Origin: an uncultured delta proteobacterium
GTDB taxonomy: Bacteria; Desulfobacterota; Binatia; UBA9968
Assembly: GCA_963727625.1 (NCBI GenBank)
Contig: CAVSHR010000005.1
Coordinates: forward strand, 160,001 to 224,000
DNA length: 64,000 nucleotides
Reading direction: 5' to 3'
Shown here: positions 49,008 to 59,740 of the stretch, in pieces
Numbering within the stretch: position 1 is the first letter of the stretch
How the letters are laid out: every line of letters starts with the position of its first letter
Made by a program: the position numbers and the translations under genes
Notes under the pieces: model-generated
Databases searched by the model: none
What the model saw: the letters and a program-made list of their open reading frames with translations, nothing else
What the model was told of the DNA's origin: nothing

Positions 49008-49023
49008 AGCAATGGTTATGCCA
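49008..49023 (-). promoter_or_regulatory. Sigma54 promoter upstream of luxR/mtrA
   Basis: TGGCAT-AACCA-TTGCT (GG-N10-GC). Confidence 0.65.
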
Positions 49024-49166
49024 TAAACTTCATTTTGTTTTACGGTAACTTCCGCGACTCCCGGGAAAATTCTTTTGCATCTCTGCGAGTCCGTTGCAAA
49101 ACCAGTCGCAAAGTTAAGAAATTTTTCTTGAAAATCGCCGCCGACCGGCGGCAATTTTCTGGAGGT

Positions 49167-50294
49167 TTACCCGGCGACAGATACGCCGAACAACCAACCG
49201 ACGCAATAGGTGATCGCGGAAACGATCAGGCCGATGCCGAGCATGCGCGCGCCGCTGCGGATCGGACCGCGCGCGGTAAAGATCGACAGCACGGCGCCGA
49301 CACTGAACAAAGCGCAAAAACTCATCAAAGCACTAGCGATCCAAGCTTTGGTCCCGACGGTAATTAAATAGGGCGCCAGCGGCACGAAGGCGCCGACCAC
49401 GAAAGCGAAAAAGGAACTCGTGGCCGCGGTCCAGGGCGAACCGAGTCCCGCGGGATCGAGCCCAAGCTCCTCGCGCGCCAGCGTGTCGATCGCGGTCTTG
49501 GGATTTTGAATGATCCGGTGCGCCAACCACGACGCTTCCTGTTCGGGAATGCCCTTTGCTTGGTAAATTAAAGAGAGTTCCTCCTCCTCCTCCTTGGGCG
49601 ACATCTCCAACTCTTCTTTCTCGATCGCGATCTGTTGTTCGAACACCTCGCGCTGGGCGCGCACCGAAACATACTCGCCCGCGGCCATCGAAAACGAGCC
49701 GGCGAGCAATCCGGCAACGCCCGCGAGAATGATATATTCCGGTCTCGCCTCGGCGCCGGCAAAACCCATGACGAGGCTGAAATTAGATAAAAGCCCGTCG
49801 TTGACGCCGAACACTGCGGCGCGCAGCCCACCGCCGCCCGTCGAGACATGCCAGCGCTCGGTTTCCGCGATGTTATCCGCGCCCGATCCTTTTCCTTCCA
49901 TCGCCAGCAGCGTGCGGCTATGAGCCCGCTCCTCCGCCGGCAAGCCTTCGGCCTCGGGCTGGCGCATGTAACCCGCTTCGTCGCGGGCCTCCAGGCTGCT
50001 AATGATGGGAACTACCCGGTGGGTGCCGAAGCGCCGCGCCATCCAACCGAGCATGCGCACCCGAGCGGAGGGTTTGTGCGCCGGCACCGCGCCGCCGCCC
50101 GATTGAATCAGCTTGGCCCAGCGCTGCGCATGCCGCTCCTCGTTCTGCGCCAGCTTCTCGAAGATCTCCGCGCGCTTGTGATCTTTTTCCGCCGCGGCCA
50201 TGGCGCGATAAAGCGCAATACCGTCCTGTTCGACGACATAATTCGCCCGATAGCGCTCAATGTCCGCTGCCGTGATCGATGGTGGTTTTGCCAT
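49167..50294 (-). CDS. Ferritin/rubrerythrin-like domain fused to VIT1/CCC1 transporter
   Basis: EQDG..LY..EERH, E..EERAH; LRAAVFGVNDGLLS, SMAAGEYVS, AREELG. Confidence 0.88.
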   Translation of the reverse strand: MAKPPSITAADIERYRANYVVEQDGIALYRAMAAAEKDHKRAEIFEKLAQNEERHAQRWAKLIQSGGGAVPAHKPSARVRMLGWMARRFGTHRVVPIISSLEARDEAGYMRQPEAEGLPAEERAHSRTLLAMEGKGSGADNIAETERWHVSTGGGGLRAAVFGVNDGLLSNFSLVMGFAGAEARPEYIILAGVAGLLAGSFSMAAGEYVSVRAQREVFEQQIAIEKEELEMSPKEEEEELSLIYQAKGIPEQEASWLAHRIIQNPKTAIDTLAREELGLDPAGLGSPWTAATSSFFAFVVGAFVPLAPYLITVGTKAWIASALMSFCALFSVGAVLSIFTARGPIRSGARMLGIGLIVSAITYCVGWLFGVSVAG

Positions 50295-50672
50295 TTTGAG
50301 AATCGCTGCAAAGGTACCGCGAATTCCGCCATGTACTGCTTGCCACAGCCCTCGCCCGCAAGTCAAATTGCGATCCACTGCACTGGACCCTGTTGTTACA
50401 ACGGAAATTTCGCGGACGCTCGCGCCTGGAGATGACCGCGCACGGCTTCTGCAATGCGCCGACGGACAGCATCTCGAATCGTGAACAACTTACTGCGAAC
50501 AGACGCAGGGGATCGCACGGCGGTGATAAGTAACATCCATTGACCCGAGGCTTTTCCTGTGCGCAGAATAGCATGCTACGGAGGAAAGCCGAGCAGCGAA
50601 TCTCGATTTAGCGGCAGATCTCCACCGAGGAGATCATTGATCCGCTGACGGCCGGAAGAGCGAGGACAAGCC

Positions 50673-52274
50673 ATGTACAATGCCCATTTTGGATTCCGCG
50701 AAGCGCCATTCGGCGTGACACCCGACCCGCAGTTTTACTATTCCAACGCGGTTTATCAGGAGGCCTGGGCGACTCTCCGTTACGGTATCGAGGCCCGCAA
50801 GGGATTCATTTTAATTACCGGTGAAGCGGGTACGGGAAAAACGACTCTGCTCAGAAAAGCCATGCACGCTTTCGGCTCCAACATCAAGGCAGCTTACTTA
50901 CCGAACACGCTGGTCGATTACACCGACTTGCTTCGTTTGATGTTGACCGATCTCGGCTTGCCGGTTTCCACAGATAATCGGTCGATGATGATCGAGCGCT
51001 TGACTGAGTATTTGATCGAACAGTTTGAGGCGGGAAATATCGTCGCTCTGCTGATCGACGAGGCACAAAATCTGCGCCCTGAGACCCTGGAAGAACTGAG
51101 GCTTCTCGGCAATCTGGAAACCGACAAAGACAAACTCCTGCAAATTGTTTTGGTCGGGCAACCCGAGCTTGAGCAAAAGTTGGATCGACCGGAACTCCTT
51201 CAGCTGAAACAGCGTCTGGTGCTGCGCTGCCGGCTCAAACCGGTTGCGCGCGACGAGGTAGGCGCCTACATGGATTCGCGGCTGCAGACCATCGGCCATA
51301 GGAGCGAGGAGCTGTTTGACCCTGGTGCCGTCGAAAAGATCGCCTCATACTCGGCTGGAATCCCCCGCCTCATCAACATCATCTGCGACAATGCTCTTTT
51401 GGCCGCTTTTGCACTTTCCAAACTCAAAATCACTGCCGCAATCATTGACGAAGTTGCCGAGGATCTACGCCTTGGCCAATCACGAATTCAACAAGACGTT
51501 CGAGCGCAGCCGCCCACAAGTCCGTTTGAAGGGAAAAATACGTTGGAATTCCCAGCGGCCCCGGAGGGAAAACGCATCACAAAAGAGCAGCCGCTCTTCA
51601 GCGATTCCGGCGATCGTCCCATGGCTATGCAAAAAGATTCCATGCCGTCCCCTCGGGATACCCACAACCGGTTCAGGCCGATGATTAGCATGGCGGCGGC
51701 TATCGCCCTGGTGACCGGCTTCGGCATTCTCCTCTATTCTCACGAATGGGGATATCCCATTTCCGGCTCCTCAAGCGATATTGCAGCGGCCGTCGACGGG
51801 GGACGCAAAGAAATGACTCAGGTCGAGTCGGCCGCGTCTGCGCTCGAAGCGAAAACTTCAGCCACAACTCCCCAAGCAACCTTACCCGCCCCTCGGATTG
51901 AGGCAGTAAATGTTTCCACTGGGCAAGCTGTTTCTGATCAAATGGAAAAGCCAATCACTGCCTCGGCTGCTGAAGAGCCTGGACAACAGGTCTCAACCGC
52001 GGTCATCGTCGCCGAAGTCCAAAAAGCAGCGGAGCCGGCGCGCGGCGACAACGAGAAAAAATCCACAAACAGCGCAAACTTTCTTGTCGTAGCACGATCT
52101 TTCGTTCGGGCCAAACCAACCGCTGGCGCGGCAATCGTCGCCACTCTGGAGCCGGGCACACGCATCACCGTCGCGGGCCGGACGGGACAATACTATCGGA
52201 TCCGCTCGCTGGGAACCGAGACGATCCGTGGCTACGTCCACAAGGAAGATGCCTTTTTTGAGCGAAAGAGTTAG
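50673..52274 (+). CDS. ExeA/GspA-family AAA ATPase with TM and C-terminal SH3-like domain
   Basis: MYNAHFGFREAPF..TPDP, GEAGTGKTT, IDEAQ, LVGQPEL, GIPRLINIICDNAL; VRAKP..GYVH. Confidence 0.88.
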   Translation: MYNAHFGFREAPFGVTPDPQFYYSNAVYQEAWATLRYGIEARKGFILITGEAGTGKTTLLRKAMHAFGSNIKAAYLPNTLVDYTDLLRLMLTDLGLPVSTDNRSMMIERLTEYLIEQFEAGNIVALLIDEAQNLRPETLEELRLLGNLETDKDKLLQIVLVGQPELEQKLDRPELLQLKQRLVLRCRLKPVARDEVGAYMDSRLQTIGHRSEELFDPGAVEKIASYSAGIPRLINIICDNALLAAFALSKLKITAAIIDEVAEDLRLGQSRIQQDVRAQPPTSPFEGKNTLEFPAAPEGKRITKEQPLFSDSGDRPMAMQKDSMPSPRDTHNRFRPMISMAAAIALVTGFGILLYSHEWGYPISGSSSDIAAAVDGGRKEMTQVESAASALEAKTSATTPQATLPAPRIEAVNVSTGQAVSDQMEKPITASAAEEPGQQVSTAVIVAEVQKAAEPARGDNEKKSTNSANFLVVARSFVRAKPTAGAAIVATLEPGTRITVAGRTGQYYRIRSLGTETIRGYVHKEDAFFERKS

Positions 52275-52340
52275 CGATGGCGAAGGGACTGCTCCAATAC
52301 GACATCGCGAGTGGCATCGATTTTAGCTGCTCGCGGGCAA

Positions 52341-52575
52341 TGCTCGCGGCAGCTTTTCCGGCGATATCGGCGGCCCAAAGATGGGCTCCGTGGACACAGC
52401 TTTGGATTTAGAGTTTCTCGACCTGGTGAATGAGGGCAAAGGCAAAGAGATCTTGATTTGGATCACGCTGCAAGGAGTCCTCGGCAATCTTCGCCCTTCG
52501 TTCACCGACCACATCTGCGGCGAAGATGGGTCCATCGCAGCAACTCTCGGCGCTTGGCAACCGGATGCTCGCTAG
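52341..52575 (+). pseudogene. Fragment of a LigB-type extradiol dioxygenase
   Basis: GSFSGDIGGPKMGSVDTALDLEFL...EILIWI; only a C-terminal piece. Confidence 0.45.
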
Positions 52576-52774
52576 ATAATTTGCCAACGATCGCCGCGCT
52601 GATCCGATACCCTTACCCTCAGACGTGCGCGCTATTGCTCGCCCCGTGCCCTGGTTGGCTCTCGGCCCAAATTTTCCCGTCGAATAGAGAATCGAGAAAC
52701 GTGTCAGATGACATGAAAGAGGGACCAACTCTGAGTAGCATGGGGAACGAATAGAAACCATATACGAAGGAGGT

Positions 52775-53109
52775 GGGGACCGGAAACGATTTGAACCTTC
52801 CCTGGTGAACTGGACCAGCGCCGGAAGAGTGGCGGTGAGCGTGCCAACGCTGGGTGTGTGTCACAGAGATCCATCGCATCACTGCCGATAGATCTCCATC
52901 GTGCGCGGCCACAACAAGAGATGCCGTTGATTTGGCATCAAACAATATGCCGCGATCCGTATGCCGGTGCGGTGATGGGCTTCGGCAAGAATGTTTCCAA
53001 ACGCAGAATAATCGGAGGGCTCCTCGAATAACTCCAACCGACCGACACGTCGGTTCAGTACGCGATAGGCGACTCCACCGGTCGAAAGACGAGGTCGACG
53101 CAGCATCAA
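52775..53109 (-). mobile_element. Degenerate REP-associated tyrosine (RAYT/Y1 HuH) transposase
   Basis: RRPRL..GVAYRVLNRRVGR..LF...AYCLMPNQRHLLLWP, frameshift, then LSAVMRW..THTQRWH..GPVHQGRFKSFPV; HuH motif damaged, 3' end lost. Confidence 0.75.
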
Positions 53110-53333
53110 TTTTAATTGTCGCGTCTATCGCATGGTCGTTCGGTCGCCAAGAAAAAATTCCCGACCCCTTTTCACCTCCCCTTTTCACCTCCGCGTGCTC
53201 GCTGAATCGACAATTTCCCGAGAACGATCGGATAATAGAATAATCCACAGTGCGATCTTAATCCATGAAACTCAATATCGCCGTCTTTCAGCCAGCTACG
53301 TGTCCGAGCGCATTCGGATTTAGATTTTCGAGT

Positions 53334-53453
53334 CCATAGAGGCGATCTCCGTAGGGGAATATCCGAACCATAAACCCAGCGCTTATCGCCGAACTCTTCA
53401 CTAGCGAACGGCGGCAGTTTCTCATCGACCTCGTAGCCGAAGTAAATCTGTCC
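53334..53453 (-). pseudogene. Diverged copy of the 3' end of the amidohydrolase gene (cf. 55113-55231)
   Basis: ccatagaggcgatctccgt...atatccgaaccataaacccagc...gcagtttctcatcgacctcg..gccgaa.taaatctgtcc shared, with substitutions and a 1-nt indel. Confidence 0.75.
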
Positions 53454-53659
53454 ACGCGCCGCATGCGAAATGCCCTATGGCATTTGCTAAGATCGGAAAA
53501 CTATTTTCTGAAAGGAAATTTCCGGTGCTTAGGCAAAGCGCGGTCCGACCCGAGCCGCGCGATAAGCCTATCGCCTGTGTTCAACGGAGCTGAGATGACA
53601 CCATGAATATGCCCCGCCATACCAGCACAGGGAGCCCGGAATGATCCATACCAATTGAG

Positions 53660-54833
53660 AAATCAGGGAGGCGTCGGAAATTTTTCGGTTGATACATGGC
53701 AGCCGCGAGTGTAGCGACCAACACGATCTTTTCCGCCGCCTATTTCCAGGGCTTCGGCGTCCTCATCATCCCGATAGAACGCACCTTCGGCTGGGACCGC
53801 TGGGTTATTTCAGGCGTCGGCTTCATCGGCCTCACCTTCACCAACGGCATTGTCACTTTTTTCTCTGCTTCGTGGTCATTTTCCTGGGAGGATCCGGCGT
53901 CAGCCATGTGGTTACCCGGCCGGTGATCATCTCGCGGTGGTTTCGTCGCAACCGCGGCCTGACCACGGGGCTTGCAGTAACGGGCCCCATCTTTGGCTCG
54001 CCCATCGTCAAACTGAACATGCAGATCGAGGAGGCGTACGGCTGGCGCGTTGTTCTCCTCGGCTACGGCACCCGGGTCTTAGTCGGCGTCACGCTGCTTA
54101 GCAAGCTGGTGCGCGACCGGCCGGAGCCCTACGGTTTGCGGCCAGATGGCGACCTGCCGGAGGAGAGCGCCACAGAACGCGCGACCGGCCCATCGCGCCG
54201 CCGAACCGATACCGGACTGACGCTCCACGCGGTGGTCCGCACCAAGGAGTTCTGGCTATTCACGAGCTACCTGTCGGGTACCTTCGCCATAAACTCCGCG
54301 GTCCAAGTCCCCCATGATTCCCTACTTCCAGCAGGACATCGGACTCAGCGCGGCATGGGCGGCCGTGGTCATGTCCAGGGTCTTCATCCTCAGCGGGATC
54401 GGCCGCATAGGCGGCGGCTATCTGCTCGACAGGATGGACTATCGAATCGTCCTGGCCATCGTCGCCGGGATGATGGGCACCGACCTGTTGTACCTTCAGA
54501 TCATGGCCGTCAAAACGGTCTGGGCCACATTGCCCTTCGCGTTAACGTTCGGCGTCAGCTTCGGCTGCCTGGTTCCCATGCGCGGCGCCGTCGGCAGCAT
54601 CATGTTCGGCACCCGAGCCAGCGGTAGAGTGATAGGGATTCTGCAGGGGGGCCGATTGCAGCGGAGTCATCGCCCCCTTGGTCATGGGCTTGATCTCCGA
54701 CCCCACGGGAACTACTCCGCCGCCATTTGGGGGCCTCATCGTCCTCAGCGCTTTCATGATGCCGCTGTCTCTGGCCATGGCCTCGCCCGCCGAGTTGGCC
54801 AATCGCATTGGGCGGCAGCAGGGAAAAGGATAA
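53660..54833 (+). pseudogene. Frameshifted MFS transporter
   Basis: Pieces in three frames: KFFG*YMAAASVATN..IPIERTFGW; ISRWFRRNRG..YGWR..RDRPEPYGLRPDG; MIPYFQQD..GRIGGGYLLDRM. Confidence 0.8.
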
Positions 54834-54897
54834 GGGTTAATTGTGTTCGTGCTCGTGAATTCACGGTCACGTTGGCCGACAGGATCACGATTTAGCG

Positions 54898-55002
54898 TTG
54901 AGCCATTGGAACGAATGGAACTTCTGGAACCTTTGGAACCTATTTTCGTGGGAACGTTTTGAACTGAGCAAAGCGATTGAACGGCTTGAACGATTTGAAC
55001 GG
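54898..55002. repeat. ~9-nt-periodic GAAC repeat
   Basis: ttggaacgaatggaacttctggaacctttggaacc...ttgaacggcttgaacgatttgaacgg. Confidence 0.65.
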
Positions 55003-55012
55003 AGCGCTTTGT

Positions 55013-56152
55013 TTATGTACCGATCCCGTAAAAGCGCGCTGTATTATCGACGAGCAGCTTTCGCTTGCTCTCTTCGCTGATATCGTCTCGCTTGAGGAAG
55101 AGTTCAACCGCGCCATAGAGGCGATCTCCGTGCGGGATATCCGAACCATAAACCCAGCACTGGTCGCCGAACTCTTCGATGGCGAACGGCAGCAGTTTCT
55201 CATCGACCTCGAAGCCGAAATAAATCTGTCCGCGCTCGATGTATTCTTTGGGCAAAAGCTTACCCTTGTAACCCCGGTGAAAATCGACTCCCGCCCGCGC
55301 CCCGGGAAAGCCGCTATATTCTTCAATTCGCTCCACCAAAGCGGGTACCCAGGAGCAACCGGCTTCGAGAAACGCAATTCGCAAGTTCGGGTAGCGGTCG
55401 GCGATCCCTTTCGAGATCACGCGGTGGAAAGCGAACTGCACGGTCAGCCAAAACGATATTGCCGTCTTGTCATGGTGCGTGTCGTTAACCTGGCCGAGGG
55501 CGCGAAAGCTGTGTCCGGTATGCACCGCTACGGGAAGCCCGGTGTCGTTGGCCGCGGCCCAAATCGGCTCCATGGGCGGGTCGTCGATTCTCACGTCTCC
55601 GGTGACGCCGAGAAGCATCACGGCCACGGCTCCCAACTCCTTGCCTCGCCCGATTTCCCGAACCGATGCCTGCGGATCGACGGGGTCGATCACCGTGACC
55701 CACTTTAGGCGCTCGGGACATTGGCGGGCGAGGTCGGCGACCCAGCTATTGTAGGCGCGCATCATCGCCACGGCCAACTCCCGATCATAGGTGATCGGAT
55801 AGGAGAGAAACATCGTGGGATAGATCACTTGAAGCGCGGTATTCTCCCGGTCCAATTGTTCAAGACGAGTATTGACCGAGCGCATTTCCGCGCTTTCGAC
55901 GGGGTCATGAGGACTGATGCCCGGCGTGACTTTTGCCGCCACACCGTTCTTGCTGAGGGGAAAGCCGGCTTGCTGATAGGGCCCGCTTCTCACCGGAAAA
56001 GAGCGGGTATCGATCATCCAGTAGAGCGGGCCGTCCGGGCCGGTCTCGACAATGCTCGGTCTGCGATTTTTCAATTTAGGATCCCAATATTTGTCTGAGA
56101 ACGTCACTTCGGATTCCGATACATGCCCGTCCGCGTCCCACGCCTTAATCAT
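55013..56152 (-). CDS. Amidohydrolase_2 family protein
   Basis: DADGHVSE, QVIYPT, RAYNSW, PVAVH, AFLEAGCSW, YGSDIPH. Confidence 0.9.
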   Translation of the reverse strand: MIKAWDADGHVSESEVTFSDKYWDPKLKNRRPSIVETGPDGPLYWMIDTRSFPVRSGPYQQAGFPLSKNGVAAKVTPGISPHDPVESAEMRSVNTRLEQLDRENTALQVIYPTMFLSYPITYDRELAVAMMRAYNSWVADLARQCPERLKWVTVIDPVDPQASVREIGRGKELGAVAVMLLGVTGDVRIDDPPMEPIWAAANDTGLPVAVHTGHSFRALGQVNDTHHDKTAISFWLTVQFAFHRVISKGIADRYPNLRIAFLEAGCSWVPALVERIEEYSGFPGARAGVDFHRGYKGKLLPKEYIERGQIYFGFEVDEKLLPFAIEEFGDQCWVYGSDIPHGDRLYGAVELFLKRDDISEESKRKLLVDNTARFYGIGT

Positions 56153-56394
56153 CTGCGCCTCCAAACCGATCTTGTGAATAATTCACAGCAGAAACCTGTC
56201 TATGGCAACCTATACGACGCGCGAGCCTTGCGGCTCAAGATCTTCCCGCCTCATTTCCGGTAACATCCCAGCAAATTTCAACCTTGGATCATCGCCCAAC
56301 ATTTCCGTTCTTTCGCTACTCCTAGCTATTTGACAAGTCAAAGCTCTGGCGGAGAACCTTGCGTGTTGCCGTGCTTTCATTCTACTTTCAAGGC

Positions 56395-57603
56395 ATGATC
56401 ACCTTCGTCGATCTCGAAGGGGCGCGGGAGCGCATCAAGGACCAGATTTATCTATCGCCGTTCGCGCACTCGGATACCATCAGCCGGATGACCGGCAACA
56501 AAGTCTTTTTTAAGCTGGAGAACTTGCAGATCACCGGCTCGTTCAAAGAGCGCGGCGCGCTCAATCGCCTCTTGACGCTCACGCCCGAAGAAGCTCAGTG
56601 CGGCGTGATCGCCGCCAGCGCCGGCAATCACGGCATGGCGGTGGCGTTTCACAGCCGGCGTTTGAGCATCGCCGCGACCATCGTCATGCCGCTGTTTGCG
56701 CCGCTGGTCAAAGTCACCCGCGTGCGCCAGTACGGCGCCCAGAGCGTGCTGCACGGCGGCGATTACGATGCGGCCTATGCCGAGGCCGTAAGATTGAGCC
56801 GGAAAAACGCGCTCACGTTTATCTCGGCGTTCGACGATCCTTGGATCGTCGCCGGCCAAGGAACCGTCGGCCTGGAGATCTATGAGCAAAATTCCGATCT
56901 CGACGCGGTAATCATCCCGGTGGGCGGCGGCGGCCTGATTGCCGGGGTAGCGCTCGCTCTCAAAACGCTCAAACCCAGGATTCGAGTCATCGGCGTGCAA
57001 GCCGAAGCCGTTCCGTCGATGAAAGTGGCACTGGAAAATGGCGCGCCGGCCGAATTGCCGCCTGCCACGACCATCGCCGACGGCATCGCCGTGCGCCGGG
57101 TCGGCGCAACGCCGTTTGAGTTGGTGAAAAACTATGTTGATGAAATCGTCACGGTAGGCGAAGGCGAGATAGCCAATGCCGTGTTGTTACTTTTAGAAAT
57201 CGAAAAAACCGTGGCTGAAGGCGCCGCCGCGGTGCCACTCGCCGCTTTAGTCAACCAGAAAGTGTCTCTGGCCAACAAAAACGTCGGCCTCATCGTCAGT
57301 GGCGGCAATATCGACGTCAATCTGGTGGCGCGCATCATCGAGACCGGCTTGATCCAGGACGGCCGCTTGGGGCGGTTTTCCATCGTCATCTCCGACCGCC
57401 CCGGCAGCCTGGCGCGCTTGACACAGCGCGTCGCCGACCTGGGCGCGAATATTTTACGGATCAGTCAAACCCGCGGCTTTGGCGAGATGGCCATCGGCGA
57501 GACCGAAGTCGAGCTGACTCTCGAAACCACAGGGATGGAACACGTCCAGCGGATCTACGAGACCTTGCTCAAAGACAAGTTCAAAATAAAAAACGAACCC
57601 TAG
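56395..57603 (+). CDS. ilvA: Threonine ammonia-lyase with C-terminal ACT domain
   Basis: [49 protein letters not shown]. Confidence 0.9.
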   Translation: MITFVDLEGARERIKDQIYLSPFAHSDTISRMTGNKVFFKLENLQITGSFKERGALNRLLTLTPEEAQCGVIAASAGNHGMAVAFHSRRLSIAATIVMPLFAPLVKVTRVRQYGAQSVLHGGDYDAAYAEAVRLSRKNALTFISAFDDPWIVAGQGTVGLEIYEQNSDLDAVIIPVGGGGLIAGVALALKTLKPRIRVIGVQAEAVPSMKVALENGAPAELPPATTIADGIAVRRVGATPFELVKNYVDEIVTVGEGEIANAVLLLLEIEKTVAEGAAAVPLAALVNQKVSLANKNVGLIVSGGNIDVNLVARIIETGLIQDGRLGRFSIVISDRPGSLARLTQRVADLGANILRISQTRGFGEMAIGETEVELTLETTGMEHVQRIYETLLKDKFKIKNEP

Positions 57604-57611
57604 GCGGCTCT

Positions 57612-58037
57612 ATGGCTCTCTTCCCCGTTTCGGCGCAAAAAGAAAAGCAATTGCAGGAGCGCATGCAGGCGTTGGGCATTCGCGAGCAGGACATCGAAGA
57701 GCAATTCGTGCGCTCCTCCGGAGCCGGCGGCCAGAACGTCAACAAAGTTTCGAGCTGCGTCGTCCTTCATCATCGGCCCACGGGAATCCGCGTTAAATGT
57801 CAGAAAGAGCGCTCCCAGGGGCTCAATCGTTTCATCGCGCGCCGGCTTTTGCTGGAGAAAATCGACGCCAAGCTTAGAGGCAGCGCGGCCGAAGCAGAGC
57901 AGCGTGTCGCCAAGATACGCCGCCAAAAGCGTAAACGCTCGCGCCGTGCCAAGCTGCGCCTGCTGGTCGACAAACACCGCCAGAGCGAAAAAAAGTCTTT
58001 GCGGGCCGCCGTGCGGCGCGAGCGTTACGAAGATTGA
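57612..58037 (+). CDS. ArfB/YaeJ-like peptidyl-tRNA hydrolase (release factor-like)
   Basis: [20 protein letters not shown], basic C-terminal tail. Confidence 0.85.
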   Translation: MALFPVSAQKEKQLQERMQALGIREQDIEEQFVRSSGAGGQNVNKVSSCVVLHHRPTGIRVKCQKERSQGLNRFIARRLLLEKIDAKLRGSAAEAEQRVAKIRRQKRKRSRRAKLRLLVDKHRQSEKKSLRAAVRRERYED

Positions 58038-58432
58038 GCCCGGCGACGGCTAAAAATGACTTGCACGATCGTAACCTTCGCGGGCGTCGGCGAAGAGCGA
58101 CGGTTTTTATCTAATTTGCCTCCCCGCGCTGCTTCGTTGCGCAGCAGCCGGAGCGCCTCCGCGCTTTCCGCCGGCGCCAAGCCGAACAAACGGACTTCGC
58201 CGGATGGATATCGGTCCTTAATCTTTCTGCAGGCCGGGCAGCAGACCGGGCGTGTATGAACGGGGCTGCTCAATCCGCCCGGCACCGTCAGCGTCCAACG
58301 ACGCCGATGATAAAAAGCGCCGCAACCCATGCATTAAAGGAGCTCTTTGGGCAAGCGGCGCGGCAGATACATATCCCGCTCCCCATCGACCTTTTTGTAC
58401 GATGTGGCATATTTCTTGGCCGCGGGTCTCAT
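58025..58432 (-). pseudogene. BCAM0308-family pseudogene
   Basis: MRPAAKKYATSYKKVDGERDMYLP..LL-TAA(58334-58336)-CMGCGAFYHRRRW...CPACRKIKDRYPSGEVRL; 3' end diverges. Confidence 0.7.
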
Positions 58433-58782
58433 GTTTTTTTTCGCGCTTTCTTGGTCTCAGGCACTTTGGAAGTTAGTTTATCGACCCAGGCGCCGAGCGG
58501 CCCCCGGCTGATCTTGCGAATGACCGCTTCCAGCTCGCCCTTGTCCATCCAAATACCGCCGCATTCGCGGCAGCGATCCAAAAGATGCCCCTCGAAGGTA
58601 TAGGTCTCGAGCGAGCCGGGACATTTGGGACAGCGTAAGTCGCTGCTGGTTTTATCGACTTTTTTTAACCGCTCACGAAGCTTTTCGAGCACTTCGCGAT
58701 CGCGCTCCGCGAAATAGATATCTTCCTTGGCCCGTTCGACCAGCCTCATGGTATTGCCAAATCGATCTTTTTCCTCAGCCAT
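58429..58782 (-). CDS. zf-TFIIB zinc-ribbon protein
   Basis: EDIYF, CPKC, LDRCRECGGIWMDKGEL. Confidence 0.85.
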   Translation of the reverse strand: MAEEKDRFGNTMRLVERAKEDIYFAERDREVLEKLRERLKKVDKTSSDLRCPKCPGSLETYTFEGHLLDRCRECGGIWMDKGELEAVIRKISRGPLGAWVDKLTSKVPETKKARKKT

Positions 58783-58817
58783 GGCTCATCCCTCCAAAGT
58801 TTTCAGTCAAAGGAAGA

Positions 58818-58833
58818 CGCAGCTTTAATGCCA
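58818..58833 (-). promoter_or_regulatory. Candidate sigma54 promoter
   Basis: TGGCAT-TAAAG-CTGCG (GG-N10-GC), 36 nt before ATG. Confidence 0.5.
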
Positions 58834-59080
58834 AGTCGGCGAACAAACGCCGCGAAATTCTTCCGTGCCGGCGGGCAGGTTAATTTGTAACCAAGGGCTA
58901 TCATCGGAAGCGCTTCGCAAAATCGCGAAGAGGTGGATCTTGTTTTCGCGGTGATTGGAACTTTTTTGTCTCGCTTTCGCCATAGAGGTGATAACCGCGG
59001 TTATTGCGAAGCAGCCATTTTGCATTTACGTTATGGGCTGCCAATCACCGCTTTCAAATGGCGAAAGGAAAAAGCCGGCG

Positions 59081-59488
59081 ATGCGAAATTTGCTATTTTT
59101 TTTAGGCCTTGCAGTGCTGTTAGCGCTGAGCAATCAGGCGAAGGCATGGGCGGGTGAAACCAACAGCGGCAAGCAAATGTATTTACAGTACTGTAGCTCT
59201 TGTCATGGGCGCACGGCGATCGGCGATGGGCCCGTGAGCCGAGACTTGAAGCTTAAGGTTCCGAATCTCACGCTTTTGGCGAAAAAGAATCACGGCATTT
59301 ATCCGCTCGATGACGTAATGGCGACGATCGACGGGCGCCGTTTGGTCAGAGCCCACGGCGATCGAGAAATGCCCGTGTGGGGTGACAGGTTTCTTAGCGC
59401 GCTCGCCGAAAAGAAATACCCCGAGCTCACCACACTCTTGAAGGCAAAAATCATCGCCGAATACGTCGCTACACTGCAAAAAAAATAG
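59081..59488 (+). CDS. Monoheme cytochrome c
   Basis: Signal peptide, CSSCHG, HGDREMPVWG. Confidence 0.88.
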   Translation: MRNLLFFLGLAVLLALSNQAKAWAGETNSGKQMYLQYCSSCHGRTAIGDGPVSRDLKLKVPNLTLLAKKNHGIYPLDDVMATIDGRRLVRAHGDREMPVWGDRFLSALAEKKYPELTTLLKAKIIAEYVATLQKK

Positions 59489-59740
59489 CCGAAAGTCCCG
59501 CGGAATTAGCGGCAATTTCTTCCAAGACAGATTTCCGCCCCATGAACCGCGTGACCTGCGCCATCCTGCCGCGAGATTGAGATCGGTTAGCGTCAGAAAT
59601 TGCAGCGCCGGTTCGGCAGGATAAGCGGCTCTTTATCAGTCATCGCACCACAATGTAACGGCGCCCGCCGTTGAATACCCAGCTTTGGCACCGTTACGCC
59701 GCTAGTGAATGGTCGCGAGGAGCCTCTCTCCTGAGCTATT

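Noticed and set aside
53660-53700. In-frame TGA in the MFS gene as selenocysteine
   Set aside because: It falls at an expected Trp (FxGW) position and the gene has several frameshifts, so this is decay
54898-55002. Possible CRISPR array
   Set aside because: Units are ~9 nt with no unique 30-40 nt spacers, and there are no cas genes
58334-58336. In-frame TAA as stop-codon recoding
   Set aside because: Simple nonsense change in a gene whose 3' end is also degenerate
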